Positions 62,146-64,000 of a stretch of 64,000 bases of DNA are shown piece by piece. Each line of letters begins with the position of its first letter. Position 1 is the first letter of the stretch. The stretch is from NCBI GenBank assembly GCA_030390025.1, contig CM059433.1, forward strand, positions 12,030,001-12,094,000, written 5' to 3'. Position numbers and translations under genes: made by a program. The notes under the pieces are model-generated. The model did no database searches. It was not told where the DNA came from and saw nothing but the letters and a program-made list of their open reading frames with translations. The DNA comes from Squalus acanthias (taxonomy: Eukaryota).

Positions 62146-62821
62146 GGAGCACAAATGGAGTGAGAGTTTACTGGGAAGCATTAGAGAGGTTTCAAAGAAT
62201 TTGGGAGAGGGGCAAGTTGTCCACTTCGGAGAAGGCAAACAGACCGAAGTCATTAGGAGACCAGAAGATAAACACATGGGTTAAGAGAACATAAATTGGG
62301 ATATAGATTTTTTGAGGGCCTGGCACTGTGCTTCACCCAAGGAAGAGGAGGCATACTTGACAATAAATAGAGCAATGAAATACCTGTTAAGAAGACAAGA
62401 GGCATGTATGGCGAGGTTAAGTAGTATTGGGATAAATGTATAGTTAAATATGAAGGAGCTAGATGGTGACAGTCTTTGGGGGGGGGGGGGGGGTCAATTT
62501 TAACATGATTGCCTGCCAATGGAACCACAAATATCCAAAATCTCCAGTAGGAATTTTTCATTGAGGTATATTTTTGTTAAATAAAATAACCTAGTGATGG
62601 AGAAAAAGGAGGAATAGCTAAAAGCACACATCACAGAGGATCTAGCATTTCCCGTCATGTAAACACGGCAGACTTGCAGCCGAGTGTCCAGAGCTGGGTA
62701 TTTTGAGAAAAGCAGCATGAACGTATTCCCCAATATGGCGAAAATTACAACCGAACACTACTGAACGAGGTCACTACATTCATAAAAATATTAAATGACA
62801 CACCACAAGACTCTCACTTAC

Positions 62822-62909
62822 CACTGGATTGCTGGGATCTAATTTGGTAACTTCAGTGAAGAATTTATGGGCTTCAGCAAAGTTATTCTGACCAAGATGG
62901 AGGAATGCC
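62822..62909 (-). CDS. TRAPPC12: TRAPPC12 penultimate coding exon (gene continues beyond the window)
   Basis: [32 protein letters not shown] segment; ttag and gtaagt borders; in frame with the last exon. Confidence 0.95.
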
Positions 62910-64000
62910 CTAATGCAAGAAATAAAATAATACAATATTTTCAGCACCTTTAATGCTGTTTGCAATTAATGATATATAACTAAATTAAAACCAACAAAAT
63001 CACAACAAATGTAAATCAAACTAAAATGAAGTACTCAAACATGTTACGCTTAGAATTTAAGCTGGCTCCTCTCGGGTGGGACGGGGAGCAGATGGATCTA
63101 CTTCACGGATTTGCTTTTTGTTATACAAAGCAAATCATTACTGTTAGAAATTTTCAGTTAATTCCTCAGTCAAAGCCACTTCTCTTTGAGTGCATGTGCA
63201 AGGAATGCTATATAGCACAGCAGAATGTAGCACTAGAATGCATGAAAAATTAAGCACTCTTTGGGGCTTGAAACATGCCAATATTCAGCGCCATAAAGGG
63301 CTGTAATGCCCTCGGAGTCATGTGATTACCACTAGCAGTGCCCTGCTGTACACCGTCATCCCTTAGCTACCGCCACATTTAAAATTTATTTCAGTATAAA
63401 AATAGCAAATACACAAGAGCGAGTTAAAGGCTGTGGAGGATGTTTCAAACGGAGAGCACAGAACATGTGGTTTAGGAGAAGCTGAATCCCCTGGGATTGG
63501 AAGATGTGTATTGGCAGGCAGCCAGAAGTAGTTTAATTTATCAATTTGACCGTCAAACCAACCAACATCTCTTATGCAGGCTTCCTGCCCCTCCCCCCAA
63601 AACACCCCCGGAGAGAGACTTCTTGCAGTTAGACACACACATACGCACAAAAGCCCGTTGGAGGTGCTTTCTAAAAACCCGGAGCCGATTCCAGTTTGTG
63701 GGAGCACAATGCATTAATTATGCATGAACAGACCAGCATTAATTTCTAGTCACGCTTCCCCCATTCCATGAGGGAGACAGATAGCCTGCTGCTAGACCTC
63801 TACCAACATGGTTCAGTAAAAAAGCTGCTTGAAGACACATTACAGCAGCTTGGGCTGATTGGCTCGGCTTGTCCTTCCTCTGATGAGACTGGGTTGTTCT
63901 GTTCAGGGGACTGCAGTTATGGACTGAATTTTTATCACTCTGCAGTGAATCGCATTTGAAGCATACCAGCAAACTGCTATCTGTCCTGCCTTTGCGGTGC

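Overview
This is eukaryotic genomic DNA, most likely a shark or other elasmobranch, judged from the repeat families. It holds the conserved vertebrate block RNASEH1 (+, 8 coding exons, 284 aa), ADI1 (+, 4 coding exons, 178 aa) and the last two coding exons of TRAPPC12 (-), which converges on ADI1. All exons were rebuilt by hand with GT/AG borders and consistent phases. Most of the remaining sequence is transposon-derived: CR1, L2, RTE, Tx1/L1 and Penelope retroelements, tRNA SINEs, two MITE families, Harbinger remnants and one full-length Gypsy element nested in a CR1. The notable observations are: (1) five minimal hammerhead-ribozyme motifs in Penelope-derived termini, two of them in short TSD-flanked non-coding units; (2) two RTE insertions with 5' inversions, one carrying ~550 bp of unexplained DNA; (3) a TSD-flanked ferritin retrocopy next to the RNASEH1 promoter and a TSD-flanked Tx1 3' end in the ADI1 promoter; (4) a SINE tail supplying the RNASEH1 exon 7 polypyrimidine tract; (5) a 28S rRNA fragment and a candidate solo LTR in ADI1 intron 3. 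I found no wholly new protein-coding system. Most ORFs in the track are TE fragments or spurious. Repeat boundaries without TSDs are approximate.
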